A stretch of 64,000 nt of DNA, taken from assembly GCA_030264375.1 (NCBI GenBank), contig JASCQW010000132.1:67393552-67457551 (forward strand), written 5' to 3'. This DNA is from Carcharhinus longimanus (lineage: Eukaryota). A model generated the notes under the pieces. The model was given only the letters and a program-made list of their open reading frames with translations. It did no database searches and was not told the DNA's origin. Made by a program: the position numbers and the translations under genes. Shown one piece after another: positions 21,960 to 33,985 of the stretch. How positions within the stretch are numbered: the stretch's first letter is position 1; every line of letters begins with the position of its first letter.

Positions 21960-23137
21960 CAAATGGGGAAAACTAGTAATTGTGGTTGTTAATGAGGAAG
22001 AAGGCTTTCGATCATCCAAAGGTATCAATGGACTGGTTAGTTGGACAGAGAAGTGATAAATGGAATTCAATCTGTAAAAGTATGAAGCAATGCTTTTGAG
22101 GAGGGCAACAAAGACAGGAAAATAGACAATAAATAATAAAATACTGAGGAGTGTAGAAGAACACAGGGACCTGAAACTACATGCCTACAGATCCCTGAAG
22201 TTAACAAGACAGGTTGGTAAGGTGATTAAGAAGGCAAATAAAATACTTTCCTTTATTAATCAAGATAAAAGAACATGAAGGTTATGCTTCAACGTATAAA
22301 ACACTAGACTAGCCATAGCTAGAATGCTGTGTACAGCTCTGGTCACTGTATCACAAGGAGGATGTCATTGCACTAAATACGGCATGTTATATATTTTATA
22401 TCTCCAATCAATGCAAAATGATATGTGCTTCTATGTATGTAACAGGTTTAAGTCACAATGCTTTAAATGTTTATTCCAATTTCTCTAGCTCTTTCTTTCA
22501 GCTCTTTCTACAGCTTTGTTTACATTTCGCTGATTCTGCACTCAGGCTCAACCAATGAAGCACAGTGAGCACCAATAGTAAACAGACTCACATATTCCAA
22601 TATAGAACAAACAAATACTACAGAGCACAGAGGAGATTTTTTGAGGAATTTGCCAGGAATGGACAATTTTGGGTACAGAGATAAATTTTCTTTGGAACAT
22701 TGGAGGCTGACAGGAAGATTTAATTGAGATGTATAAAATTAAAATGAGTCTCGTAGAGTGAGTAGTGAAGCCATATTTCCCTTAGTGAGGTCAATAACAA
22801 GGGGACAGAGAGAAATGAGAGTGTGAATCATTCTGAGGCTTGAATCAATCTGAGGCACTCAAGTGTTACTAGAGAGGCGGTGCTCGACAAACTGGAGGGA
22901 CTGATTGTGGACAAGTCCCCAGGACCGGATGGAATGCATCCAAGGGTTCTGAAAGAAATGGCGGAGGNNNNNNNNNNNNNNNNNNNNNNNNNNNNNNNNN
23001 NNNNNNNNNNNNNNNNNNNNNNNNNNNNNNNNNNNNNNNNNNNNNNNNNNNNNNNNNNNNNNNNNNNTGGCGGGGCAGGCTCGAAGGGCTAGATGGCCTA
23101 CTCCTGCTCCTATTTCTTATGTTCTTATGTTCTTATG
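21960..23137 (+). mobile_element. CR1 LINE fragments (old RT 3' part 21960-22810; young copy 22865-23137 spanning a gap)
   Basis: EK**MEFN..KYE; LDKLEGLIVDKSPGPDGMHPRVLKEMAE; (ttcttatg)n tail. Confidence 0.8.
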
Positions 23138-23539
23138 TATGTGTCGGAGATGCCTTCAGGTAAGTAAGCCCAAAAAATGGGTGGGAAATGCTCCTGTTTT
23201 CCCACCCATTGGGTACTTGGTTTTTGTTTTGGGAGAATCCCGGCCATCAGTCAGCAAATTGCAGTGTACACTAGTTTTGATAACCAAAATTCATGATATT
23301 TTGATTTATAAAAACAAATCACAAGCCCTCTTAACACTCGGGAAAAATGCTACCGGTATAAAATTATGAAACTGATCCTCTTGCTTTTCTACAAATAATT
23401 TTGAAAAACCTTCCAGCGGAAACTGCTAGAAGCTGAAGAAAAATGTTGTATTGGTATGGCTGACTAAACTGTACAGAATGCATCTTTAGAAATTAAGTAG
23501 CTGCACATTGAACTCCAGGTTTAGCTCAGTGAGGGAACT

Positions 23540-23940
23540 TCTCATAGTCGACTGGACTGGGTATCTGTTTATCTCATTTCTTGATTCCATGCCTAAGTTG
23601 CAGATGAGTGGTCTATTCAGTTGATCCTTGCTTTTCTTTCTCACGGTTTGATACAACTGAGTGACTTGCGAGGCCGTTTCAAAGAGCAACTATGAGTCAA
23701 CTATGTTGGCATGGGACTGAAGTCATTTATGGAACTGCCTGTGAACGGCAACAGATTTTCTTCTTTGTTGAACAGTAGTTAACCAGTTGGTGAACAGACA
23801 ACAGCTCTGTGGTCACATTTACTGGTGCCAGCTTTTTATTTCAAGTTTTTCTTTGTAAATTTAATTCAAATTCTCATACTTCCATGATGGGATATAAATT
23901 TACGTTCTTTGATTTACTAGTTCTGTAACATAACCATTAT
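23540..23940 (-). mobile_element. Old tRNA-derived SINE/LINE 5' remnant related to the 18147-18508 family
   Basis: gagtcaactatgttggcatgggactgaagtca...cagattttcttc...tttaattcaaattctc...tactagttctgtaacataaccattat. Confidence 0.45.
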
Positions 23941-25306
23941 ATTTGGGTGGAAGTAATGAGATGGAGTCAGATAATAGCCGAAGGGAAAGGGAAAATATAA
24001 AGTATTGTTGCCAACTAAATCATGACACTAGCACAGTGACGGACAAGCAAGGCTAGTGAGTTGACCGCATGAGTGGGCCTCCTTCATCTCAGTAGGCTGC
24101 AAGATTAAAATTAGTCTTGTTCACTAACTATGATCCTTGGAAAAGGTTGAATACATTTAATACATGCCAAATATGTCATAACAAGTTATGAAAAATGCTT
24201 AATCATTCATATATTAATAGAACTGTCATTAACTTTAAGTGCTAAAAGCAAAGAAATACTTATGCTTTGGGCATGTTGTTCTCACAGTGAATGTTGTATG
24301 AAATCAGCATGCACCTCACTTCTCATGCCGTTGCTATACATGTGTATCACTTCAGTCATACCAGTAAGGAAAGAAGCTCCACGGATGGAAACAAGCATAA
24401 TGTTGCAGTTCTGTACGTGGGCAATGGTAAACAAAATGTCACGTGGGCCACATTCAGACCCAGATGGGCTGCATGTGGCTCCCAGGCCACACATAAGGTC
24501 ATGAAGGTGAAAATTCTAAAATTGGATACTATATTAGGGAAACTTTCAGATCTTTCAGGATGGGTGAACTGAGAGGCTGAATGAATCTTGTAAGTTACAT
24601 AATCTGGTGTGACCTTCTGTCGAAAGACATTGCATGCGTGTAAACTGTAGCTGTAGAGAGAGATGAGTCAGAAGGCCAATGCATTTACAGCATTGGCATC
24701 ATTATTATATGTAACTATAAACAAACAGGAAAAGGTTTGTCAAAACTTTTTTCACAATGGCAAGTGACTCTAAAATAATCTTAAAATAAAGTTTATACTT
24801 AAATCATAAAAAAGATGATTTACAAAAATAACTAACTAAACAAGATTTAAACACGTTGAGTGGAGTGGAGATGAATTAGTTTAGTGCTGTTCTATAACAA
24901 TAGCTAATAGATTTTGAAGACTAGTTTTCCATATGTTAACAAGTCTATTTTCAGTGATAATGTTTGAAGTAGGTGCTGTTGACAAAGTTTCTTTACAACG
25001 TTAACCCAAACTTGTTAAATGTTTGGTGATAATGTATCATCAGATAATTGACAGGAAAATTTTAGCAAAGTGATAATATCTCGGAGCTACAGTAGTTTTA
25101 TCTTAAACAGTAAATATCCTGTCATCTGTTTCAGTGAGGCAGGAAGTACTTAGCATAAACTATAATTTAAACATCAAATGCCTTTATGCTACATGAAATG
25201 ATTTGAAGAGAGGTCAACCTATTCCCTCTCACCCCGACTATTTTTGATGAGTTGATAAGTATGCTAAAACAAAAACAATGATTCAGATTTCTTTGGCATT
25301 TTTCAG

Positions 25307-25433
25307 AATGTGTTTTACATGTTTTGAAGTCCATACTCTAATTTATGGAAGATACATAGATCAGAGGTGGATGTATCTTTTACCTCTGTATGATCTCATT
25401 ACGGTGCACTACATTGAAGCAAAAACTTTTCAG
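25307..25433 (+). other. Candidate isolated exon, host gene unidentified
   Basis: Pyrimidine tract + ttcag acceptor; 127 bp open in one frame (MCFTCFEVHTLIYGRYIDQRWMYLLPLYDLITVHYIEAKTFQ); cag|gtagga donor; no protein recognised. Confidence 0.2.
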
Positions 25434-25452
25434 GTAGGATATCTCAGTTTGA

Positions 25453-25555
25453 GTTTTGACAAAAGATCATTGACCATAAACTCTGTTCCTCTCTGCACAG
25501 ATGCTGCCAGACTTACTGAATATTTCCAGCATTCTCTGTTTGCATTTCAGTTGTC
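25453..25555 (+). mobile_element. Short Penelope-derived repeat
   Basis: tgacaaaagatcattgacc...cacagatgctgccagacttactgaatatttccagcatt. Confidence 0.6.
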
Positions 25556-25587
25556 AGATCCTCCACTCTCCAGATTATCAAGGTTCA

Positions 25588-27044
25588 GGGAGGCGATTCT
25601 CCGAAAAAAATTCTAAATGTCGAATTCACGTGAAAACTGGGGTAAATCCTGCTTTTTTTTTCAGCGGGAGTTTCAAACTGAACCTCCTACACTCTGTGCA
25701 CAAGCATGATTTGCTCCAGAAATCAGTGGGTGGGGCCCCTTCCTGCTGGAGAGGCCGGCAGCAGAGCGCTGAGCGGGTCACTGTCAGCACCGATCTGTCA
25801 GCCCCGAGATCAGCACATAAGCAGTGGCCCCACACTGCTGGACATCTAATTGCTGGCCAGCTCGATCGCTGGCTAGCGCCTCGACCCCCGCCTCACCTGT
25901 CCACACCCCCATGGCCTGATTGTTGGTTTCCAGGAGATGTCTGGGCCAATCTCAACTCTCCCCCCACCTGTCCCAGCCTGCCTCAAACTTGTCCCCCCAC
26001 CCCTCCCCCCAGTGCTACCACATNNNNNNNNNNNNNNNNNNNNNNNNNNNNNNNNNNNNNNNNNNNNNNNNNNCTCCCCAGCAGGTGCAGTGGCCCACTC
26101 AGTGCTCTACTGCCGGCCTCCTGGGCAGGAATAGAAGCCCACTGATTTCTGGAGTGAATCATGATTGTGCGCTGCAGGATGCACTGAGTATGGGAGATTC
26201 ATTTTGAAACTTCCACTGAGAAAAACAGCATGATTTACTCCCGTTTTTACGCAGATTCGACACTCTCGCACAATTCGCACATTCGCACCTATCGCTGGCC
26301 TCCTTTCATCCTCCAGAGTGGCAGTGCGACCCGCCCACCCCCACCAATCCTCACTCAAAGGCCCCACCCCACCATGAGGCCCTGCCCCCATGACTGATGC
26401 CGGTGTTGGACTGGGGTAAACACAGTAAGAGGTCTCACAACACCAGGTTAAAGTCCAACAGGTTTATTTGATTGTAAACCCACTAGCTTTCGGGGTTTGC
26501 CCCTTTGTCAGGTGAGTGGAGGGTCACACACAGAGCATATAAAGGCACAAACAGTTTATAGAATATTGATTAGAATGTGAGTCTTTACAGCTAATCAAGT
26601 CTTAAAGATGTAGACAATGTGAATGGAGACCGTCCATGCCCGGTGGCCAGTGCCAAGATGCCAATGCCCAGGGGCACCCCCCCAGGCACCCGACCCTCAG
26701 GGAGAGGGGTCTTGATTGCCCCCCCTTTAACTTCATCGGGGTCGAGCCATCAGCTCCCTGTTAATGGGGAGCTACAGCAAACCCCACTAGAGTGAAACAC
26801 TCCTGGTGGAGAGGGAGAAGCTAGTGGGCCCGGAGACTTCAGTCCTGGACCCGCTAATGATATTTAAATTACATTTAAATCAGTAGGTGAACATATAAGG
26901 TGTGGAGCTGGTGACGCCATAAATCTGGCATGGGGACCCGCACTCAAGCCTGGACTCCCAGCGCACATTGCACAAATTGGCCAACGCTAGAGTCTTCCGG
27001 CATTTTAAAAAAATCAATGCAGCGGGATAGGAGAATCACCTCCC
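25588..27044. mobile_element. Composite GC-rich MITE(s); ~170-bp inverted arms at 25619-25785 and 26088-26262; terminus ggagaatcacctccc at ~27031-27044
   Basis: gggaggcgattctcc...ggagaatcacctccc ends; internal arms are reverse complements of each other. Confidence 0.7.
26395..26630. mobile_element. Penelope-type element fragment nested in the MITE
   Basis: gatgccggtgttggactggggtaaacacagtaagaggtctcacaacacc (same family as 12916-13222); minus-strand CTGACAAA-GGGG-caaa-CCCC-GAAA at 26488-26511. Confidence 0.75.
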
Positions 27045-27289
27045 AGATGTAAGATGCATATTGGGATCCTAGGGAAGTTCTGACTTGTAGGAATTCTGTA
27101 GGAATTGCTAAAAAGTTTCAGCTTCAAATGGGCTCCCCGGGATCTTATGTGAATGTCTCTGACTCTGAGCAATAGTTGAAGACAGTTCTGCCGTACTTGC
27201 CTGAATATATATCCAGAAATGTTAAGCAGATTAAAACTTGGTCCAACTCCTGTCTAACTCCAGAACTGACATCCTCAATCACCCACACT

Positions 27290-27555
27290 GACACTCCCAC
27301 ACCCAATGACCTCCTGACCCCCAGACTACCCTCTCAACCCAACCTGATCTTACTACCCCTTGACCTGACTACCCAGTTACCCAACTCATCCGCTACCCAC
27401 TTCATCCCTTCACCTCCTTACATTCGCTCACTCCCTCATTTGCATCCATTCATTTCCCCACATTCACCCCCTCGCTCACATTCATTCAGTCCCTCGCTCG
27501 CATTCATTCACTCCCTCACTCGCATTCATTCAGTTCCCTACATTCACTCACTTTC
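27290..27555. repeat. Degenerate C/A/T-rich simple repeat ((cattcact)n-like)
   Basis: Recurrent cattcattca / ccctcgctc units; explains the low-complexity ORF 27176-27805. Confidence 0.6.
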
Positions 27556-27984
27556 AGACTTAATTTTAAATTTACCATTTACCATTTACATATGGCGGCC
27601 AGTAAAAAGGGAACAGGGGCTTGTTTTCCCCCAATTTGACTACGTTCCAATGGAGTTCTCCAAAAAAGCTGCACTCCTCATTTCTGGAACAGCCACGTTC
27701 AGAATCCCACCGTGTCTGATTGGGCAAATTTCCAGACCCAGATTCTCAACATCAGTAGTATATTGCTCCAGAGAAAGCCTTTGTAAATGTATGACTGTTG
27801 ATTGATGGATTTATAACTGTTTGGATAGTGGGGCTTTTGATGTTCTGATTATCTCTCTTATATTCATCATTGTTTAAGGAAAAGATGATGAGGTCCTTTC
27901 CTGTAATCAGCAAAAATGTTCATTATGCCATTTGTGCATGACAAGTTTATTAACTTCTCAGATAAACAACAGAGAGATAATCAT

Positions 27985-28238
27985 ACAGTGTAGCAAAGGC
28001 TCTTCAGCCCATCGAGTCTGCATCAACAGTAATACCACTAAAGTTGCACTAATCCCACTTTCCATCACTTGTCCCGTATCCTTGAATGTTATATTTCAAG
28101 TGCTCATCTAAATACTTTTTAACATCTCCAGCCTCCATAACCTTTCCAGGCACTGCATTCCAGATTCTCATCACCCTCTGAGTGATTTGTTTTCTCAAAT
28201 CCCCTCTGAATCTCCTGCCCCTTACCCTAAGACTATAC
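27985..28238 (-). mobile_element. CR1 3' end fragment
   Basis: SLRVRGRRFRGDLRK..TQRVMRIWNAVPGKVMEA..KKYLDEHL. Confidence 0.75.
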
Positions 28239-28244
28239 AACCTT

Positions 28245-28975
28245 TGGTTGCCTGAGGAAGAGAGCGTTTGAAGACCAAGTCCTAAGATGTGACACCAAGC
28301 TCGTGGTCTACAGAACAGTAGTGATACCCATCACAGCACCGCCCCCCCCACCCCACCCCCCGCCACCATATGGTTCAGAGGTAAGGATTACATACAGCAG
28401 GGACCTCAAAACCCTGGATAACTACTGCCAGCACTGCATCCACAAGATCCAGCAAATCTGCTAGCAGAATAGGCACACCCATGTTCGTATTCTCACTCAA
28501 GCTGACAACACCAGCATTGAAGCATTGACCACACTCCATCAACTCTGTTGGGTGGGCTGCATGATCCGTATGCCTGGCACAAGACCACTGAAACAAGCAC
28601 TCTATTCAGAGCTTTGACATGGCAAGCAAGTCCCACGATGGCACAGGAAATGCTTCAAGGAAACCCATAAGCCTCCTTAAAAACAGTTGGGAAACCTCTG
28701 CCCAAGACAACCTGAAGTGGAGGAAGACCATCTGGGAAGGAACCAACATCTGGGGCTTCATTACTGAGAGCAAGCTGAAGTCAAGCGACGACAGTGAAGA
28801 GAGCACCTGACACCCTGGATACTGCTCCCCACCATTCCTCCAACCACCATCTGCCCCGCCTGTGACAGAGACTGTAGGTCAAATGTTGAACTCGTGAATC
28901 ACCCGAGAACTCATTTTGGTGTGAAAGCAAGTGATACTCGACCCTGAGGGTTTGTCTAAGAAGAAGGTGGAGAAA
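28245..28975 (+). mobile_element. RTE-clade LINE 3' fragment
   Basis: TKLVVYRTVVIP..YGSE..YSRDLKTLDNYCQHCIHKI..SIEAL..QLCWVG..RMPGTRPLKQALYSEL..WETSAQDNLKWRKTIWEG; aagaagaag tail. Confidence 0.8.
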
Positions 28976-29252
28976 AAGAAAGACGTGGATGATGACGCAC
29001 ATGAAAGGATTTTCTCACAACTCTGATTTGTTGGTCTTTAAATCGTTCTCTTCTTCTCTCACTCCTGTCTATTGTCTTGTTTTATTCCTGTTTCATGATG
29101 GTCTTTCCACCACATGCAAAACATGTGATGATATATTTTAGTCTGGCTGTTATCCAATTAACCCCTCCCTCAACCCAATCATCTTCATCCCTGGGTGTGA
29201 TGTTACCTTCCTTGACCAACCAGGAATAGTTTATGTGACTGCTGCTCATCTT

Positions 29253-29545
29253 ACATAGAATCCCTGCAGTGCAGAAAAGACCATTCAGCCCATCAAGTCT
29301 GCACCAGCTCTCTGACAGAGTATTTACCCAGGCCCTCTCCCCTCCCTATACCTGTAACCTCATGCATTTTAGCCAATCCACACAACCTTCACAACTTTGG
29401 ACTGTGGGATGAAACCGGAGCACCCAGACAAAACCCATGCAGACAGAGGGAGAACTTGCAAACTCCACACAATCACCCAAGGTCGGAATTGAACCCAGGT
29501 CCCTGGAGCTGTGAAGCAACAGTGCTAACCACTGTGTCACCATGC
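29253..29545 (-). mobile_element. HE1-type SINE
   Basis: Reverse complement: gcatggtgacacagtggttagcactgttgcttcacagctccagggacctgggttcaattcc...CR1-like tail. Confidence 0.85.
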
Positions 29546-29869
29546 TATCGTGTTTATCTAAGTCATGTTCTTTTTATATATTACCATATCTCATTGATTT
29601 TACGTGCCGAGTTTCCTTATCTGGTGGAGAGAGAGACATCTGTGTTCCATCCTCTCTCAATTTCTCACAAACAAACTTAAAGGCCTTGTCCTTTTGCTCT
29701 GAATTAGTTCTTTTATAACTTCACTTAACTTTGCCAGAATCCCTCTATCTTGGCATCTTTTCTGTACTGGTGTCCGACTTTTAAGTCTTCCCACCTTACT
29801 GTTATACAAAGAAAAGTATCTAATAAAGTCAAATGTCCGTAACCTATAAGGTAGGATGTTAAATAATAA

Positions 29870-30128
29870 TTTATTTTCTTCATTTGTGGGACATGGGTGT
29901 CGCTGGCTAGTCAGCAATTATTGCCCATCCCTAATTGCCTGAAAGCAGTTGAGAGTCAGCCACTTGCTGTGGCTCTGGAGTCGCATGTAGGCCAGACCAG
30001 GTAAGGACGGCAGATTCCCTTCCCTAAAGGACATTAGTGAACCAGATGGGTTTTTCCAACAATCGAAAATGGTGTCATACCAGTAGATTCTAAATTCCAG
30101 ATATTTTTATTGAATTCAAACCCAGGTC
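29870..30128 (-). mobile_element. tRNA-derived SINE with LINE-derived tail
   Basis: ttattgcccatccctaattgcc...ccttccctaaaggacattagtgaaccagatggg...aataccactagaccatcacctcccc. Confidence 0.8.
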
Positions 30129-30469
30129 CCCAGAACATTAGCTGAATTTATAGTCTAGCAATAATACCACTAGACCATCACCTCCCCTATATATTTTATC
30201 AGTTTATTAGCATCCTAATGGTCTTACTAGAATTAGGGAGCTTCCTCTGAAAGCCAGTTCAATGTTGAAGTAGATGCCATGTCCTTCACTAATAAAAATT
30301 CTTATTTTAAGATTTAGAAGGAGGTGTAATTTTTTTTCTTCCTTTTTAATTTTACTTACTTTCACATTTCATCAGACTTAGACTGTTGAGTGGCAAAAAA
30401 CAGGAAGCCAGGAATTAAACTGGGAAGGAGAGAGCACAGAGAACTGGGAATTACACGGAGCATGAGCTT

Positions 30470-30945
30470 TTTATAAATTCACTCATGGAATGCTGGTATC
30501 CCTAATTGCCCTTGTATGGTAAGCTGCCTTCTCCAACTGCTGCAGTTGGCATGATGATGGTACTCCCACAATAACGTTAATTAGGAAGTTCTCAGATTTT
30601 TGACCCAGCACTGATGCGTTAATGGTGATATTTCAATGTGAAATTTGGAGCAGAAAACCTTGCCTATATTCCTGCTGCTCTCGTTTTTCTAGGCAGTGGA
30701 GACCATAGGGTTTGTGGACTGCTTGTGAGGAAACCTTGGCAAATTGCTGCAATGCATATCGTAGATGTTACACACTGCAGCCACAGCACACTGGTGGTGG
30801 AGTGGGTGAATGCTTAAACTGGGATGCCAGTCAAGTGGACTGTGATCTCCTCGATTGTGTTGAGCACTTGACTGTTGTTAAAGATGCATTCTTTCAGGCA
30901 AGTAGAGAGTATTCCATAATATTCATGACTTGTGCATTGGTGGAC
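30470..30945 (-). mobile_element. LINE 3' end (CR1/L2-group) sharing its tail with the SINE above
   Basis: atccctaattgcccttg...ttttgacccagc...gtagatgttacacactgcagccac; homologous to 44222-44650 and 60540-60866. Confidence 0.65.
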
Positions 30946-32844
30946 CTGGTGAATCTGGTGTTGACTGTGAGCTGTAGAGAAGGACATTGATGGATTAGGC
31001 TGGATTTGAGACGATCAGGGAAAGTGACACTCATCCCATGTCAAACTTAAATTAAAGGCTGCATAATAGAGTCAAAACTATTTGCATTTTTTCATATTCC
31101 ATTTTCAGCTACTGTACAATGGGAATTATTTTATCTTTTGAACACAAATGATCCATTTGTTTTGAAGGAACTGTCAATTTCATTGCTAAGTAGACTTTAA
31201 ATTAATTTTCAAATTTTACTCAGTTTCTTTTCCAGCTCAATTTCCTGTCATCATTTCCTGGAGGAACTGATTTATGTCGGGTTACAATTATATGATCAGC
31301 AAGTGCCATCAACACCATTCACAAGTGGCCATCTGTCTGTGAGACTGTGAAATGTCAGGTAATTGCACTACATCAGATAATATTAGCTCTTCTCTAGACT
31401 GTAGAAAGTCAGATAAGGCTTCATGAAGCATACTCACCGCAATACAGTCTTAGATGGGTTCATCCTTTAGGGCCCCATTCTTACAACCATCAGCCTAATG
31501 ATACAGGTCATTCATGAAAAATCAAAACTTTGTCTAGATTCTAGATGGAGACCGTTAAACCTTACCTGATTTGTAATAGCATCCTTTTGGAGACTGAAAT
31601 ACAAATCAAAGGCCTCAACAGGCATCTCAGAGATTGCTGTGANNNNNNNNNNNNNNNNNNNNNNNNNNNNNNNNNNNNNNNNNNNNNNNNNNNNNNNNNN
31701 NNNNNNNNNNNNNNNNNNNNNNNNNNNNNNNNNNNNNNNNNNNNNNNNNNNNNNNNNNNNNNNNNNNNNNNNNNNNNNNNNNNNNNNNNNNNNNNNNNNN
31801 NNNNNNNNNNNNNNNNNNNNNNNNNNNNNNNNNNNNNNNNNNNNNNNNNNNNNNNNNNNNNNNNNNNNNNNNNNNNNNNNNNNNNNNNNNNNNNNNNNNN
31901 NNNNNNNNNNNNNNNNNNNNNNNNNNNNNNNNNNNNNNNNNNNNNNNNNNNNNNNNNNNNNNNNNNNNNNNNNNNNNNNNNNNNNNNNNNNNNNNNNNNN
32001 NNNNNNNNNNNNNNNNNNNNNNNNNNNNNNNNNNNNNNNNNNNNNNNNNNNNNNNNNNNNNNNNNNNNNNNNNNNNNNNNNNNNNNNNNNNNNNNNNNNN
32101 NNNNNNNNNNNNNNNNNNNNNNNNNNNNNNNNNNNNNNNNNNNNNNNNNNNNNNNNNNNNNNNNNNNNNNNNNNNNNNNNNNNNNNNNNNNNNNNNNNNN
32201 NNNNNNNNNNNNNNNNNNNNNNNNNNNNNNNNNNNNNNNNNNNNNNNNNNNNNNNNNNNNNNNNNNNNNNNNNNNNNNNNNNNNNNNNNNNNNNNNNNNN
32301 NNNNNNNNNNNNNNNNNNNNNNNNNNNNNNNNNNNNNNNNNNNNNNNNNNNNNNNNNNNNNNNNNNNNNNNNNNNNNNNNNNNNNNNNNNNNNNNNNNNN
32401 NNNNNNNNNNNNNNNNNNNNNNNNNNNNNNNNNNNNNNNNNNNNNNNNNNNNNNNNNNNNNNNNNNNNNNNNNNNNNNNNNNNNNNNNNNNNNNNNNNNN
32501 NNNNNNNNNNNNNNNNNNNNNNNNNNNNNNNNNNNNNNNNNNNNNNNNNNNNNNNNNNNNNNNNNNNNNNNNNNNNNNNNNNNNNNNNNNNNNNNNNNNN
32601 NNNNNNNNNNNNNNNNNNNNNNNGGGGCCGGCACCCCCCCCCCCCCCCCCCCCGCCCCCGGCAAACATTTTAATCAAAGGAGAGTGGGCACTGTGGCACC
32701 CCCTCAAATCCAGCCTTTTAAAGAAACCAAATGAGATCCTGGACTATATAGCCAGATGAAGAGGGTACAACTTTCAGCAATTGAATTTGAGAATGCCAAT
32801 TTAATATTTGGGGGCTATGCTTTTGGCTGCCGGGATCTGAAGTT

Positions 32845-33036
32845 CTGAGATCCCCTCCCTAAACATCCCCATCTCACTAACTCTTTTCTCCTTTAAGACA
32901 CCCCTTAAAACTTTACTGTTTGCCCAAGTTTTTGATCATTTGTCCTGATATCACCTTGATGTTTGCTTTATAACAGCCCCATGAAGCACTTGGGACATTC
33001 TATTCTGTTAAAGGCATTCTCTAAATGAAGGTTGTT
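32845..33036 (+). mobile_element. L2-type LINE 3' tail
   Basis: ccctccctaaac...tcctttaagacaccccttaaaac...tgaagcacttgggacatt...gttaaaggcattctctaaatg. Confidence 0.55.
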
Positions 33037-33149
33037 TTAGGCCAGTGTCTCCAGAATACTGTATAGTTTCTGATCAGTGTCATGAGAAGGGCATCCAGGT
33101 ATTGGTGTGGTGTGAGTACTTGAAATTAGGCGCCTGAGGAATGAAAATA

Positions 33150-33985
33150 GACTGCAGAAGTTAAAAATATCACATTGGTGAAAAGGCAGCTCATAGTTGA
33201 CTGTGAGATAATGCACTTTGGTAGGAGGAATCAAAATACAGAGTATTATTAAATGGAAAAAGACTACTGGTGAGTGAAGTGCAGAGGGATCTGAATGTTT
33301 CAGTGCACGAATCACAAAATATTAGCAAACAGGTCCAAAAAATAGTCAAGACGGCAAACGGCATTTTGGCCTTTTATTGCAAAGGGATTGGAGCTTTTGT
33401 TACAATTGTACAGGGTGTTGGTGAGGCCTCACCTGGAATACAGTGCATAGTTTTGATCCCATTACCTAAAAAAGGATAAAGTAATATTGGAGGCAGTCCA
33501 ATGCAGATCCACCAGACTAATTCCTGGGATGAGAGGGTTGTCCTATCAAGATTACTAAGACCCAAGATTACTGGGTCTGTATTTCTTGGAGTTTAGAAGA
33601 GTGAGGGGTGGCCTAATTCAAATATATAAGATCCTGAAAGGGTTTGACAGGGGAGATGGCGAGATGTTTTCACTAGTGGAAGAGTCTCAAACAAGGGCAC
33701 ATAGCTACAAGTAAAGAGCCAGTGATTTAAAACAAATGTGTAAAAATTTCTTCTGAGTGTGGTGAATCTCTGAAATTCTCTGCCCCAAAGAGTAGTGGAA
33801 GCTGGATCTTTAAGAGCATTTAAAGTGAGAGTGATAAATATTTGATAGATCAACAATTAGAGGGATATGAGGAATTGACATAATAAAGGAGTTGAGGCCA
33901 GCATAGATCAGCCATGATCATATTGAATGGCGGAGCAGGCTTTAAGGGCCTGGTGGTCTACTCCTGCTTCTATTTCTTGTGTTTT
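33150..33985 (+). mobile_element. CR1 LINE 3' fragment
   Basis: CEIMHFGRRN..EVQRDLNVSVHESQ..VQKIVKTANGILAF..LVRPHLEYS; tail ggtctactcctgcttctatttcttgtg. Confidence 0.85.

Noticed and set aside
27176-27805. 209-aa Pro/Ser/His-rich ORF
   Set aside because: Produced by a C-rich simple repeat lacking stop codons.
29480-29545. tRNA gene (A/B-box-like sequence; also near 11617, 18420-18508 and 45630-45700)
   Set aside because: tRNA-derived SINE heads followed by SINE bodies; no complete cloverleaf.
31109-31360. Two further acceptor-led open stretches
   Set aside because: Short, terminated by stops, weak donors and no recognisable homology.
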